Shown: piece by piece, positions 38,556-47,770 of the stretch
How the letters are laid out: the number at the start of each line of letters is the position of its first letter
How positions within the stretch are numbered: position 1 is the first letter of the stretch
Assembly: GCA_010030245.1 (NCBI GenBank)
Contig: RGPR01000001.1
Location: 1 to 47,770, forward strand
DNA: 47,770 bases
Direction: 5' to 3'
Source of the DNA: Gammaproteobacteria bacterium
GTDB taxonomy: Bacteria; Pseudomonadota; Gammaproteobacteria; Legionellales; Legionellaceae
Position numbers and translations under genes: made by a program
Notes under the pieces: generated by a model
Told to the model about the DNA's origin: nothing
What the model saw: only the letters and a program-made list of their open reading frames with translations
Databases searched by the model: none

Positions 38556-40844
38556 ATGCTATCAACATGGTTAAGATACTCTAAAATTTATGTCAATCGA
38601 TACCTTAAATTTGACATTCTTGCCGGTCTTATTGTTTTTTTAGTCGCCCTGCCATTATGTTTGGGTATAGCACTTGCCTCAGGTTTGCCTCTGCAAACCG
38701 GTCTAATCAGTGGTGCCATTGGCGGTATTGTTGTCGGCTTCTTTAGTGGATCAGCGGTCAGCGTGTCAGGGCCTGCTGCAGGCATGGTTGCCATTTGTTT
38801 GCTTGCCCTAAGCCATCTCGGCTCCTTCGAAAATTTTTTATTGGCTTTGTTTTTTTCTGGCTGTATGCAAATCATTGCTGCCAAAAGAGCTTGGGGTGTT
38901 TTTGCCAATTATATTCCAGCATCAGTCATCAAGGGCATGATCTGTGGCATCGGCGTATTTCTCATTGCCAAACAAATCCCAATGGCGGTGACCGTCACCC
39001 ATAATTATCATGAATTTAAACATTACTTATTAGAAACAGTTTCTGAAAATAATCTCAATCCAATGGTTGATTTAAGTTTTCATATCAATAGCGGCGCTTT
39101 TATGTTAAGTCTATTGACCATAAGCCTCTTAATTTTCTTCGATAAAACCAAGCATTCACTGTTAAAATCCATCCCTGGTACAATTGCTGCAGTTGTCATT
39201 GGGACCTTATTTAACGAAGTATTGGTCATTAAGAATTCAATCTTGGCACAGCATGCACATCATCTGGTAAATATCCCCAAATTAGAAAGTTTATCGGATC
39301 TATCTCATCTGCTTCATCACCCAAATTGGCAGGAACTCAGTAATCCAATGATTTACTTTTATGCCGCAGTCATTGCCTTAGTGTCTTCAATTGAAACCTT
39401 AATCAATATTACCGCAACCGATCGTCTTGACAAAAACCATGTCAGCACCAACAAAAATAAGGAATTATTTGCCCAAGGCATAGGCAATATCGTTTCCAGT
39501 ATCTTAGGTGGTTTGCCAATCACATCAGTCGTTATACGAAGCTCTGTGAATATCGAAGCCAAGGCCAAAACCAAATTTGCAAGCATTCTTCATGGTTTGA
39601 TGTTACTCATTGCTTTATTTTTAACAACTGACATTCTCAATCGTATCCCCATCTGTATTTTGGCCAGTATCCTGATTTATGTTGGTTTTAAATTAACCCA
39701 TCCTCGCATTTACTTGACGATGATCAATCAGGGGGCTGATCGAGCGGTACCTTTTTTTGTCACCGTGATTGTTGTGAGTTTTGGCAATCTCTTAGCGGGT
39801 GTATTCACAGGCCTGCTCGTCAACTTATTATTTGTTTTGCGCAATAATAGCCGGGCAAGAATTGATATTATCCAAGAAACCACCCCCGGTGGTAGTAATT
39901 TCCGCCTATTACTCCCACAACAAACAACCTTTCTCAATAAAGCAACAATCATTGAAGAATTAAACACCATTCCCCAGAACTCAAAACTGATTATTGATGC
40001 ACGTTATGCAGAATTTATTGATAAGGAAGTGCTTGAATACATACAAGATTATACAGAATTCCAAGCACCTCTGCGGGCCATTTCCTTAAACCTGATTGGT
40101 TTTAAAGAAAAATACCAAATCCACGATCACATTGATTTTATCAATATCACCACCTACGATGCCCAATCCGTCTTAAACCCAAGTGAAGTGCTTCGTATCT
40201 TAAAGCAAGGCAATGAACGTTTTCTCAAAGATCAAGGGATCCATCGCAGTAATATGATTGATATTACCCACACTGCAGAAACCCAACATCCAATTGCTTT
40301 TGTTCTGGGTTGTATTGACTCAAGAGTTCCTGTTGAGACCATTTTTGACATGACTTTAGGTGATCTATTTTGTGCTCGAATCGCTGGTAATGTCATTAAT
40401 GATGACATTCTGGCGAGTATCGAGTATGCCTGCCATGTTGTTGGGGCTAAGCTCATCGTGATTCTTGGCCATACCCGATGTGGCGCCATTCAAGCAGCAT
40501 GTAATGATGTCAAAAAAGGCCATATCACCACTTTGCTTGCTAAAATCAATCCTGCCATCAACGCAGAATCGAAAATCAAAAACAATCGCCAAGGTGATAA
40601 TCTGGAGTTTGTCAGTCATGTCACCCATCTTAACATTGCGCATAGTATGCTCGAAATCTACAACAGAAGCCCCATTTTAAAAGACATGCTCGACCAAGGG
40701 CAAATTGGTATAGTCGGTGCATTATACGATGTGAGTTCTGGCCAGGTTCATTTTTCACTTTACCAAAATGAACTTAAGGCATTCGAAAATCCTGATGCTG
40801 ATAGTCTTTTAAAAACCCTAAAACACTTAAAAATAGAACAATAG
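38556..40844 (+). CDS. SulP anion transporter-STAS-beta carbonic anhydrase fusion
   Basis: LVALPLCLGIALASG, VSGPAAG and QG.GN...GGLPITSVVIRSS; C-terminal GNERF, CIDSRV, RIAGN and GHTRCGA (zinc ligands). Confidence 0.95.
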   Translation: MLSTWLRYSKIYVNRYLKFDILAGLIVFLVALPLCLGIALASGLPLQTGLISGAIGGIVVGFFSGSAVSVSGPAAGMVAICLLALSHLGSFENFLLALFFSGCMQIIAAKRAWGVFANYIPASVIKGMICGIGVFLIAKQIPMAVTVTHNYHEFKHYLLETVSENNLNPMVDLSFHINSGAFMLSLLTISLLIFFDKTKHSLLKSIPGTIAAVVIGTLFNEVLVIKNSILAQHAHHLVNIPKLESLSDLSHLLHHPNWQELSNPMIYFYAAVIALVSSIETLINITATDRLDKNHVSTNKNKELFAQGIGNIVSSILGGLPITSVVIRSSVNIEAKAKTKFASILHGLMLLIALFLTTDILNRIPICILASILIYVGFKLTHPRIYLTMINQGADRAVPFFVTVIVVSFGNLLAGVFTGLLVNLLFVLRNNSRARIDIIQETTPGGSNFRLLLPQQTTFLNKATIIEELNTIPQNSKLIIDARYAEFIDKEVLEYIQDYTEFQAPLRAISLNLIGFKEKYQIHDHIDFINITTYDAQSVLNPSEVLRILKQGNERFLKDQGIHRSNMIDITHTAETQHPIAFVLGCIDSRVPVETIFDMTLGDLFCARIAGNVINDDILASIEYACHVVGAKLIVILGHTRCGAIQAACNDVKKGHITTLLAKINPAINAESKIKNNRQGDNLEFVSHVTHLNIAHSMLEIYNRSPILKDMLDQGQIGIVGALYDVSSGQVHFSLYQNELKAFENPDADSLLKTLKHLKIEQ

Positions 40845-40865
40845 GCCCAATTTAATATTAACAGC

Positions 40866-40977
40866 TGATATGCTCTCATGGCGTATTTGTCTTTAATGGC
40901 GCTAATGTTGGATAGTACTTATCATACTTTTTTCAGAGCAATTTTGAGCCACCTTGATAAGCCATGAGACCAGATCA
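40866..40977. repeat. 112-bp element bounded by 21-bp imperfect inverted repeats (MITE-like or long hairpin)
   Basis: TGATATGCTCTCATGGCGTAT (40866-40886) versus the reverse complement of 40957-40977, TGATCTGGTCTCATGGCTTAT: 18 of 21 identical. Confidence 0.6.
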
Positions 40978-42420
40978 TTAATGCCAACTACCACCTAAGG
41001 CTTTGATTAAATTAACACTAGCAACTTGACGTCTGGTTTGTAGCGCAATCAATACGATTTGCGCTTGACGATATTGAACTTCAATGGCTGCGACATCTAG
41101 TTCACTATAAACACCTATTTTGACCCGATTTAGTGCTTCTTGATATTGGATTTTTGCTGATTTTAAAGCATGTTTTTGATTATCCAGCGCGCTATCCGTT
41201 CGATAGATTTCAACCAATGCATCTTCTACTTCACGAAACGATTGTAATACGGTTTGACGATAAGCTGCTGATGTTGCTCGAAGCGTTGCCCATGCTTTCG
41301 ATAAGTCGGCCTGTAACTTAAATCCGTTAAAAATGGTCCAGGTCACCATTGGTTTTACTAAAGATACCACGGTTGTCCCTGCACTAGGCCCCAAGCTCCA
41401 ATACAGGCTATTGGCAGAAAATAATTTTGAAATATCTGCACTTTGTCCACCCAAGGTACCAAATAGATTAATTGTTGGAAAAAATGCTGCTTTAACGACG
41501 CCAATATTGGCAGCAGCACTTTTTACCCGCATTTGTGCAGCCACCACATCAGGACGTCGCTCCAAGAGCCTTGAGGGTAGATTTGGGATAGCAGTGACTC
41601 GACGATAAGGCACATACTTGGGTTTAATATGAAAGCTTGATGGAAATTGCCCCACTAAAATCGCAATTGAGTGTTCAAATTGGGCCCGTTTAATGTGGTT
41701 TTCTTCAATCAAAATGCGTGCTTGCTCGACCTGATAATGGGCTTTCTCTAAGATCGCTTGATCAATCACGCCAATACGAAATTTTTTTTCACTAAGACGC
41801 CATACTTTTTGATAAATATTCAAATTAACTTTTAACACTTGATCAACCCTATCGGCACTTCTTAATCCAAAATAATCTGTTGCCAATTGTGCATGTAAAC
41901 TCATGCTAAGCGCTGCTCTATCAAAGCCTGTCGCTTTCTGCAACGCTTCATTTGACTTCACTGCACTTCTAATTTTACCCCACAAATCTATTTCATAATT
42001 GACTAAACCCGCAAGCAAAAACGTATTATAGAGGACCTCATCACCTTTACTGACTTTATTATGCACCAAGGTATGTGAAGTCTCAGTACGCGCCATATTA
42101 TACAAAACTGTTAAATTGGGGTATAAAAAAGATCGAGCAGCTTTGGCGACATTTTTAGCTTCTTGATACTGGGCGAAAGCAATTTTAAGTTGTTGGTTAT
42201 GACAATTTAATTTTTGAGCAAGTGAAGACAGGGTATCGTCGTGATATAAACGCCACCACTGGTCTTTTTTTTCTTCATAAAGCTTAGGATGAGCCGGCTT
42301 AAAATACTGCAATTCCTTAAATGCATCGGGCAGATTCATTTTTATGGGCAAACGCTTCGGCGCCATGGTGCATGCACTTGAAAAAATCAAGATCATTAGG
42401 CCAAAGTATCGTATTTTCAT
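40978..42420 (-). CDS. RND efflux outer membrane lipoprotein (NodT/OprM family)
   Basis: Lipobox SSAC; WW..Y.D..L, YEIDLWG, LLERRPDV, FREVEDAL and LIKALGG.W. Confidence 0.93.
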   Translation of the reverse strand: MKIRYFGLMILIFSSACTMAPKRLPIKMNLPDAFKELQYFKPAHPKLYEEKKDQWWRLYHDDTLSSLAQKLNCHNQQLKIAFAQYQEAKNVAKAARSFLYPNLTVLYNMARTETSHTLVHNKVSKGDEVLYNTFLLAGLVNYEIDLWGKIRSAVKSNEALQKATGFDRAALSMSLHAQLATDYFGLRSADRVDQVLKVNLNIYQKVWRLSEKKFRIGVIDQAILEKAHYQVEQARILIEENHIKRAQFEHSIAILVGQFPSSFHIKPKYVPYRRVTAIPNLPSRLLERRPDVVAAQMRVKSAAANIGVVKAAFFPTINLFGTLGGQSADISKLFSANSLYWSLGPSAGTTVVSLVKPMVTWTIFNGFKLQADLSKAWATLRATSAAYRQTVLQSFREVEDALVEIYRTDSALDNQKHALKSAKIQYQEALNRVKIGVYSELDVAAIEVQYRQAQIVLIALQTRRQVASVNLIKALGGSWH

Positions 42421-43616
42421 GGGGAAACCCTAACAACTTGATCATTATCAATATCATCATAAGGATTTAAAATGAGTCGATCATTGATATTTAAACCAAA
42501 ATTAATTTCAACTTCATTGCCTAAATCACGATAAATACTGACGTCTTTAAGCACAACTTTCGAGTCTTTATCAACTGTTGCCACTTGTAAACCCTCGGTC
42601 CGGAATAATAAGGTATTCATTGGAACGCGTACACTTGTTTGTTCACTAGGAACTTTAAAATGAACATGTGTATATATCCCTGGTAACAATTGATGCTGGG
42701 CGTTATCAACCATAAATTCTGCTAATAAAGTTCGCGTCAACGGATCAATAGCTGAGGCCACATGCAGTAATTTGCCTTTAAACAATTGCCCTGGGAATTG
42801 ATCAAACTCAAAATCAACCACCATATTGGCATCGACTTTTCGAATATAAGCTTGCGGTAATTTGAGTTGAAGACGTAATTTATGACTCTGTATCATTTTA
42901 AAAAGTGGCAGCTCCGCATTGGTCTGACTACCAGAGTTGACCAGCATGCCAATATCAACATTACGAAGCGACACATAGCCATTAAATGGGGCCTTAATTT
43001 CACGAAAAGCATACATGCTTGCTATACGACGCCATTGTGCTTTAGCGGCCAACATGTCGGCATACGTTTTTTTAGCCGCATTGACTTTTTCATCAGTTTC
43101 ATGAGGGGACACCGCTTTATCAAGTAACATCGCCTGCCAACGCTTTGAAGTGATTTGTGCGATTTTATGTTGAGCCTTGGTGGCATGGTAATTGGCTTTG
43201 GCTTGGCGATATTCTGCCTCTAATTCAGGCACCTCAATCACTGCCATGACTTGGCCTTTTTTCAATTTATCACCCATATCAACATACCAGGCGTTGACAT
43301 ACCCTGGAATTCGCGAATAAATCGGCGCCTCATGCCAAGCAGTTAACGTTCCAGGTAACACATATTCATCAAAAAGAGCCACATGTCGTGGATGAGTAAC
43401 AAAAACAGTTTGAACATCAACTTTAGCCTGTTGCAAACGCATATAGATGACATGCCCCATTCGATAGCTTAGATTGAGCAGAATCATTAGCAACAATGCG
43501 ACAACGATGTAACGATATTTGCTGATCACATTTTTAAGATACTGTAGCTCAGCTGGGGATAATTTTATCTCTTGATAAAACGATTTCATTAATGACAATA
43601 TGCGGTTTTTATTCAT
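42417..43616 (-). CDS. RND efflux periplasmic adaptor (membrane fusion protein)
   Basis: LPG....W.EAPIY.R..GY, lipoyl-like D.GD.LKKGQ, APF.G....RN.D.G, IDP.TRTL and LLPG.Y. Confidence 0.93.
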   Translation of the reverse strand: MNKNRILSLMKSFYQEIKLSPAELQYLKNVISKYRYIVVALLLMILLNLSYRMGHVIYMRLQQAKVDVQTVFVTHPRHVALFDEYVLPGTLTAWHEAPIYSRIPGYVNAWYVDMGDKLKKGQVMAVIEVPELEAEYRQAKANYHATKAQHKIAQITSKRWQAMLLDKAVSPHETDEKVNAAKKTYADMLAAKAQWRRIASMYAFREIKAPFNGYVSLRNVDIGMLVNSGSQTNAELPLFKMIQSHKLRLQLKLPQAYIRKVDANMVVDFEFDQFPGQLFKGKLLHVASAIDPLTRTLLAEFMVDNAQHQLLPGIYTHVHFKVPSEQTSVRVPMNTLLFRTEGLQVATVDKDSKVVLKDVSIYRDLGNEVEINFGLNINDRLILNPYDDIDNDQVVRVSP

Positions 43617-46600
43617 GTTTTTGCCCTAAGTAACGATGTTGATAAAGCACATAAAAAACACTCGGCACAAAAAATAAAGTAGCTAGAGTTGCCAAACTTA
43701 GTCCCCCAATAACCGCTTGTCCTAATGGTGCATTTTGCTCAGCCCCTTCCCCAATGCCTAAAGCCATCGGTAACATACCTAAAATCATGGCAAGCGCCGT
43801 CATTAATACCGGCCTAATTCTTGTTTTTGCGGCATCTATCACCGCATCATGAATGGACATCCCCTTTAATACATTCTTTTTGGCAAAACTCACCATTAAA
43901 ATACTGTTCGCGGTTGCAACCCCCATGGCCATAATTGCCCCTGTCAACGCCGGAACCGACAAATGGGTATTCAATAAAAATAAAGCCCAAACAATGCCAC
44001 ACAGTGCAATGGGTAAGGCGGTAATGATGATAAACGGGTCAAGCCAAGATTGAAAATTAATCACAATCAATAAATAAATTAAAACAATTGAAAAAACCAA
44101 GCCCCAAGTGAGACTTTGAAAAGCCTCATGCTGCGTTTTAAGCTGTCCTTTTAACATGACTTGTGATCCCTGCGGCTTGTATTGATCCATTTTTTTCAAC
44201 ATCTGCGTGATATCATGTGTCACTGATCCTATATCCCGATGTTGAATATCGGCAAGAACGTTCACCACTTCTTGGACATTATAATGCGAGACTTGAGCCG
44301 GTGTTTGGCGATATTTAATTGTTGCAACAGCACCTAAAATTTCTTGAGGATTATTAATATCCATATTGCGTAAAGGAATATTTTTGAGATCTTGCAAAGA
44401 GGTCATGTTATATTGAGGTGCCATCGCTGTAATCGCGTAAGATACGCCATTATTTGGGTCTAACCAAAAATTAGGTGTGGTTTGAAAACTACCTGATAAA
44501 GTAATTAACACATTTCGAATAATGTCTGCCTCTGATAGCCCCAAAGCCTTGGCTTTATTTCTATCGGTTTCAAGATACAGCTCAGGGTAATTCTGCGATT
44601 GCTTCACTCTTGCATCAACAATCCCTGGAATGGACTTGAGTGCATGTAATACTTTTCGAGCAAATATTTTATTTTCACTGCCTTTAAAGCCATTAATTTG
44701 CAAATCAATCGTGGCCGATAATCCAAAATTTAATATTTGGCTGACAATATCGGCAGGCATAAATGAAAACGATACCCCTGGGAATTGTTTAGGCAACTCA
44801 TCTCTTAAGGTTTCCATATAATCATAAATTGAATGGTGTTTGGAATTTAAGGCAATGGTCATCTCAGCATCATGCGGTCCATCAAAGGTTGAACTGCGAT
44901 AAATTAAATTAAGTGGACTTGTCGATATGCCAATATTATTGATGATACTTTCTATTTCTGATGCTGGAATAATGTGTTTCACCACTTTTTCAACTTGACT
45001 GGTTAATTTTGTGGTCTCTTCGACCCGGCTTCCAGTTTGGGCACGAATGTGCAAATCAATCACCGATGCATCAACTCTAGGAAAAAAATCAGCGCCAAGG
45101 ATAGGGAATAAGAAGATGATGCTCAAACCAGCACAACAGAAAACCCAAAAACAAAATTGCTGCGGACGCCTTAAAATTGCTGATAGCCGATGCGTATAAT
45201 GGTCGCGAAAACGTTCAAACTTGTGCTCAAATTGTTGATGAAATCGAAATGTAGTTTCTCCACTAGAATGCGTGATTAAATATTTTGCCATGGTCGGGAC
45301 CAACGTTCTTGATAAGAGATAAGAGGCAAACACAGCAAAAATCACTGCCTTGGCAAAAGGCATAAACATATAGCCGGTAATACTCGTTAAAAAAAACATC
45401 GGTAAAAATACGATACATATACATAACGTTGATACAAATGCAGGCGCGGCAATTTCAGCCGCCCCATCCATAATGGCATCAAATGGTTTCTTGCCTAAAG
45501 CAAATTGGCGATTGATATTTTCAATTTCAACCGTTGCATCATCAACCAAAATGCCTATAGCAAGTGCTAAACCTCCTAAGGTCATCATGTTGATGGTTTC
45601 TCCAGTAAAATGAAGTACACAAATTGATGCTAAAATGGATAAGGGAATAGACACCAGCACCACAAAGGTACTACGAATATTTCCTAAAAATAATAAGATC
45701 AAGATACTCGTTAACAAACCAGCGACAGCGCCCTCTATCAATACCCCATGAATGGCTGCTGCCACAACTTTCGACTGATCTTCAAAAAAAGCAATCTTAA
45801 TTAAGGCTGGTATATTGTCTTTGATCAAAGGGATTAATGCCTTGATTTTTTTAATGACTTCTAAAGTAGAAGCGTCTCCTGATTTATAGATCTGTAATAA
45901 TACCGCCCTCACATCATTGACTCTCACCACATTAATCTGCGGCAAAAAACCATCTCTAAACGGGGCCACATCAGATATGAGGATTTTTTTATTGCTTGGG
46001 GGCTGAAATGGCAAATGATTAAATTCATGAATTGATGATGGGCTATTGTTTAATTTGACGAAGTATTCAAAGGGGCCTAATTTTAAGGTTCCACTCGGTG
46101 CAATCACACTTTGTTGGTTAATTGCATCAACTACATTTTGGGGAGCAACCCCATAAGTCTGAAGTGCTTTAATGTTGATGTCAGCCATGACCTGTCTGAC
46201 TTTACCGCCAAATGGGGTTAAAATAGAGGCCCCTTGAACAGTGGCTAGAAACGTTCTCACAAAATTATTGGCCACGTCATTCAACTTCATCTCTGAATGG
46301 TAAGAACTGGATAGAACCATTTCTAAAATGGGTACCGTTGATGCATCATAGCTCAGAATAATAGGCGGCATCGCCCCTGGTGGAAAAGATCTTAATACCG
46401 TTTGCGATAGTGCGGTCACTTGTGACAATGCAAAACCAATATTGGCATTTGGATGAAAATAAAGCTTGATGACGCTATTGCCATAGATGGTGGTCGAATC
46501 AATGTGTTCAATGTCAGGAACGGCGGTGGTTACTGCGCGCTCAAAAATGGTGATCATGCGCTTCGTCATTTCTTCTGGCAGCATCCCTGCATATGACCAG

Positions 46601-46743
46601 ACAACGCCTACAACAGGTGTTTTGATGTGCGGGAAAATATCCATGGGCATGCGTATAATGCTCAACACGCCTAAAATCAACAGCATGAGCGCCATCACCA
46701 CAAAGGTATAAGGCTTGAGCAAGGCAATCCTAACCAACCACAT
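43609..46743 (-). CDS. RND efflux permease subunit
   Basis: MWLVRIAL..PYTF start; MTLGGLALAIGILVDDATVEIENI, RIRPVLMTA and NAPLG.AVIGGL. Confidence 0.96.
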   Translation of the reverse strand: MWLVRIALLKPYTFVVMALMLLILGVLSIIRMPMDIFPHIKTPVVGVVWSYAGMLPEEMTKRMITIFERAVTTAVPDIEHIDSTTIYGNSVIKLYFHPNANIGFALSQVTALSQTVLRSFPPGAMPPIILSYDASTVPILEMVLSSSYHSEMKLNDVANNFVRTFLATVQGASILTPFGGKVRQVMADINIKALQTYGVAPQNVVDAINQQSVIAPSGTLKLGPFEYFVKLNNSPSSIHEFNHLPFQPPSNKKILISDVAPFRDGFLPQINVVRVNDVRAVLLQIYKSGDASTLEVIKKIKALIPLIKDNIPALIKIAFFEDQSKVVAAAIHGVLIEGAVAGLLTSILILLFLGNIRSTFVVLVSIPLSILASICVLHFTGETINMMTLGGLALAIGILVDDATVEIENINRQFALGKKPFDAIMDGAAEIAAPAFVSTLCICIVFLPMFFLTSITGYMFMPFAKAVIFAVFASYLLSRTLVPTMAKYLITHSSGETTFRFHQQFEHKFERFRDHYTHRLSAILRRPQQFCFWVFCCAGLSIIFLFPILGADFFPRVDASVIDLHIRAQTGSRVEETTKLTSQVEKVVKHIIPASEIESIINNIGISTSPLNLIYRSSTFDGPHDAEMTIALNSKHHSIYDYMETLRDELPKQFPGVSFSFMPADIVSQILNFGLSATIDLQINGFKGSENKIFARKVLHALKSIPGIVDARVKQSQNYPELYLETDRNKAKALGLSEADIIRNVLITLSGSFQTTPNFWLDPNNGVSYAITAMAPQYNMTSLQDLKNIPLRNMDINNPQEILGAVATIKYRQTPAQVSHYNVQEVVNVLADIQHRDIGSVTHDITQMLKKMDQYKPQGSQVMLKGQLKTQHEAFQSLTWGLVFSIVLIYLLIVINFQSWLDPFIIITALPIALCGIVWALFLLNTHLSVPALTGAIMAMGVATANSILMVSFAKKNVLKGMSIHDAVIDAAKTRIRPVLMTALAMILGMLPMALGIGEGAEQNAPLGQAVIGGLSLATLATLFFVPSVFYVLYQHRYLGQKHE

Positions 46744-46792
46744 GAAAATCCCTTTCATACAAGAAGAATCAAAGTTTACATGATCACTTATC

Positions 46793-46821
46793 TAGTCACA
46801 ACTCTTATTAAACGTTATAAT
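46793..46821 (+). promoter_or_regulatory. Possible sigma70 promoter for proS
   Basis: TAGTCA (46793-46798), 17-nt spacer, TATAAT (46816-46821). Confidence 0.4.
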
Positions 46822-46846
46822 TTTGTTTTTTTAACTGAGTAAAATA

Positions 46847-47770
46847 ATGCGCGCAAGTGAATGGTTTATTGCCACCATCAAAGAAAACCCAAATGATGCT
46901 GAACTCGCATCACACCGTTTAATGCTTAGAGCAGGACTGATTCGTAAATTGGGATCGGGACTTTATAGTTGGTTACCATTAGGCCTTAAAATTTTACGTA
47001 AAATTGAAGCGATTATCCGTGATGAAATGCATAAAGCAGGCGCACTTGAGGTCTTTTTACCAGCCGTTCAACCTGCAGAAATTTGGCAAGAAACTGGGCG
47101 CTGGGACAGCTTTGGTGGTCAACTCTTAACCATGAAAGATGCCCAAGGGCGCGAATACTGCTTTGGCCCTACTCATGAGGAAGTGATTACCGATTTACTT
47201 AGAAAAGAACTCCATTCTTACAAACAATTACCTTTAAATCTTTATCAAATCCAAACCAAATTTCGCGATGAAATTCGCCCTCGTTTTGGGGTAATGCGTG
47301 CTCGTGAATTCATCATGAAAGATGCTTATTCCTTCCACATCAATTCTAGCTCGCTACAAATAACCTACGATAAAATGTATCAAGCTTATGAACGGGTTTT
47401 AACCCGTATGGGCTTACAATTTCGCGCGGTGCAAGCAGATACAGGCGCTATTGGTGGTGCGGTTTCCCATGAGTTTCAGGTCCTTGCTCAAGCGGGTGAG
47501 GATGTCATTTTTTACAGTGATGAAAGTGATTATGCTGCAAATCTTGAAATGGCCTCATCGATAACCCCTGAAAAAGAACAAATGACGGCACCAGGACCCT
47601 GCTCACTCATCGATACCCCAAAGCAAAAAACAATTGAAGCTGTCAGTCTTGCCTTAAATCTCCCTGCATCACGTTTGTTAAAAACCTTGGTGGTAGAGGG
47701 CCATGAATCCCCCGCTGTGGCTTTAATTCTCAAGGGACGCACGCAAGGGACCCTAAACATCCTTTAGCCA
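46847..47770 (+). CDS. proS: Proline--tRNA ligase, 5' part (anomalous at the window end)
   Basis: MRAS....[50 protein letters not shown] and SHEF; similarity lost after LILKG (~47737). Confidence 0.97.

Noticed and set aside
43609..46743. RND permease with TANSIL in place of the AcrB AKNAIL proton-relay Lys as an inactive pump
   Set aside because: The TM4 Asp-Asp pair is intact and this variant appears typical of the VEIEN-type RND subfamily; not evidence of decay.
6157..47760. Many 60-130 aa alternative-frame or antisense ORFs inside recognised genes
   Set aside because: They overlap well-supported conserved genes, lack recognisable motifs, and are expected shadows of coding sequence.
1..47770. 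Transposase, integrase, prophage or anti-phage defence genes
   Set aside because: No ORF carries recognisable DDE, tyrosine/serine recombinase, phage structural or defence-system motifs.

Overview
AT-rich gammaproteobacterial chromosomal window, most consistent with a Legionellales/Legionellaceae-like intracellular bacterium. This is inferred from a DotI/IcmL-like gene, an EnhA-like L,D-transpeptidase, a long DacB, a SulP-carbonic anhydrase fusion and several effector-like orphans. Most of it is compact housekeeping DNA: topA-smg-dprA, def-fmt-rsmB, dacB with an orphan ParB, an OPT transporter, kbl-tdh-ettA, pcm-tolC, msbA-lpxK-ttcA, an RND efflux trio and the 5' part of proS. Accessory material includes the ~5.4 kb beyond the 3' end of tRNA-Pro(CGG) (coiled-coil orphan, EamA, glutathionylspermidine amidase/synthetase, bestrophin and a frameshifted small ORF missing from the ORF track), a fused FakA-FakB lipid cluster and orphan genes. 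The most striking observation is the orphan at 19340-20023: a predicted transmembrane protein with two tandem eukaryotic-type FFAT-like (VAP-binding) motifs made by a 33-bp duplication, directly upstream of the DotI/IcmL-like gene. It is a candidate ER-vacuole membrane-contact-site tether effector. All calls come from motif recognition by eye; no database searches were run.
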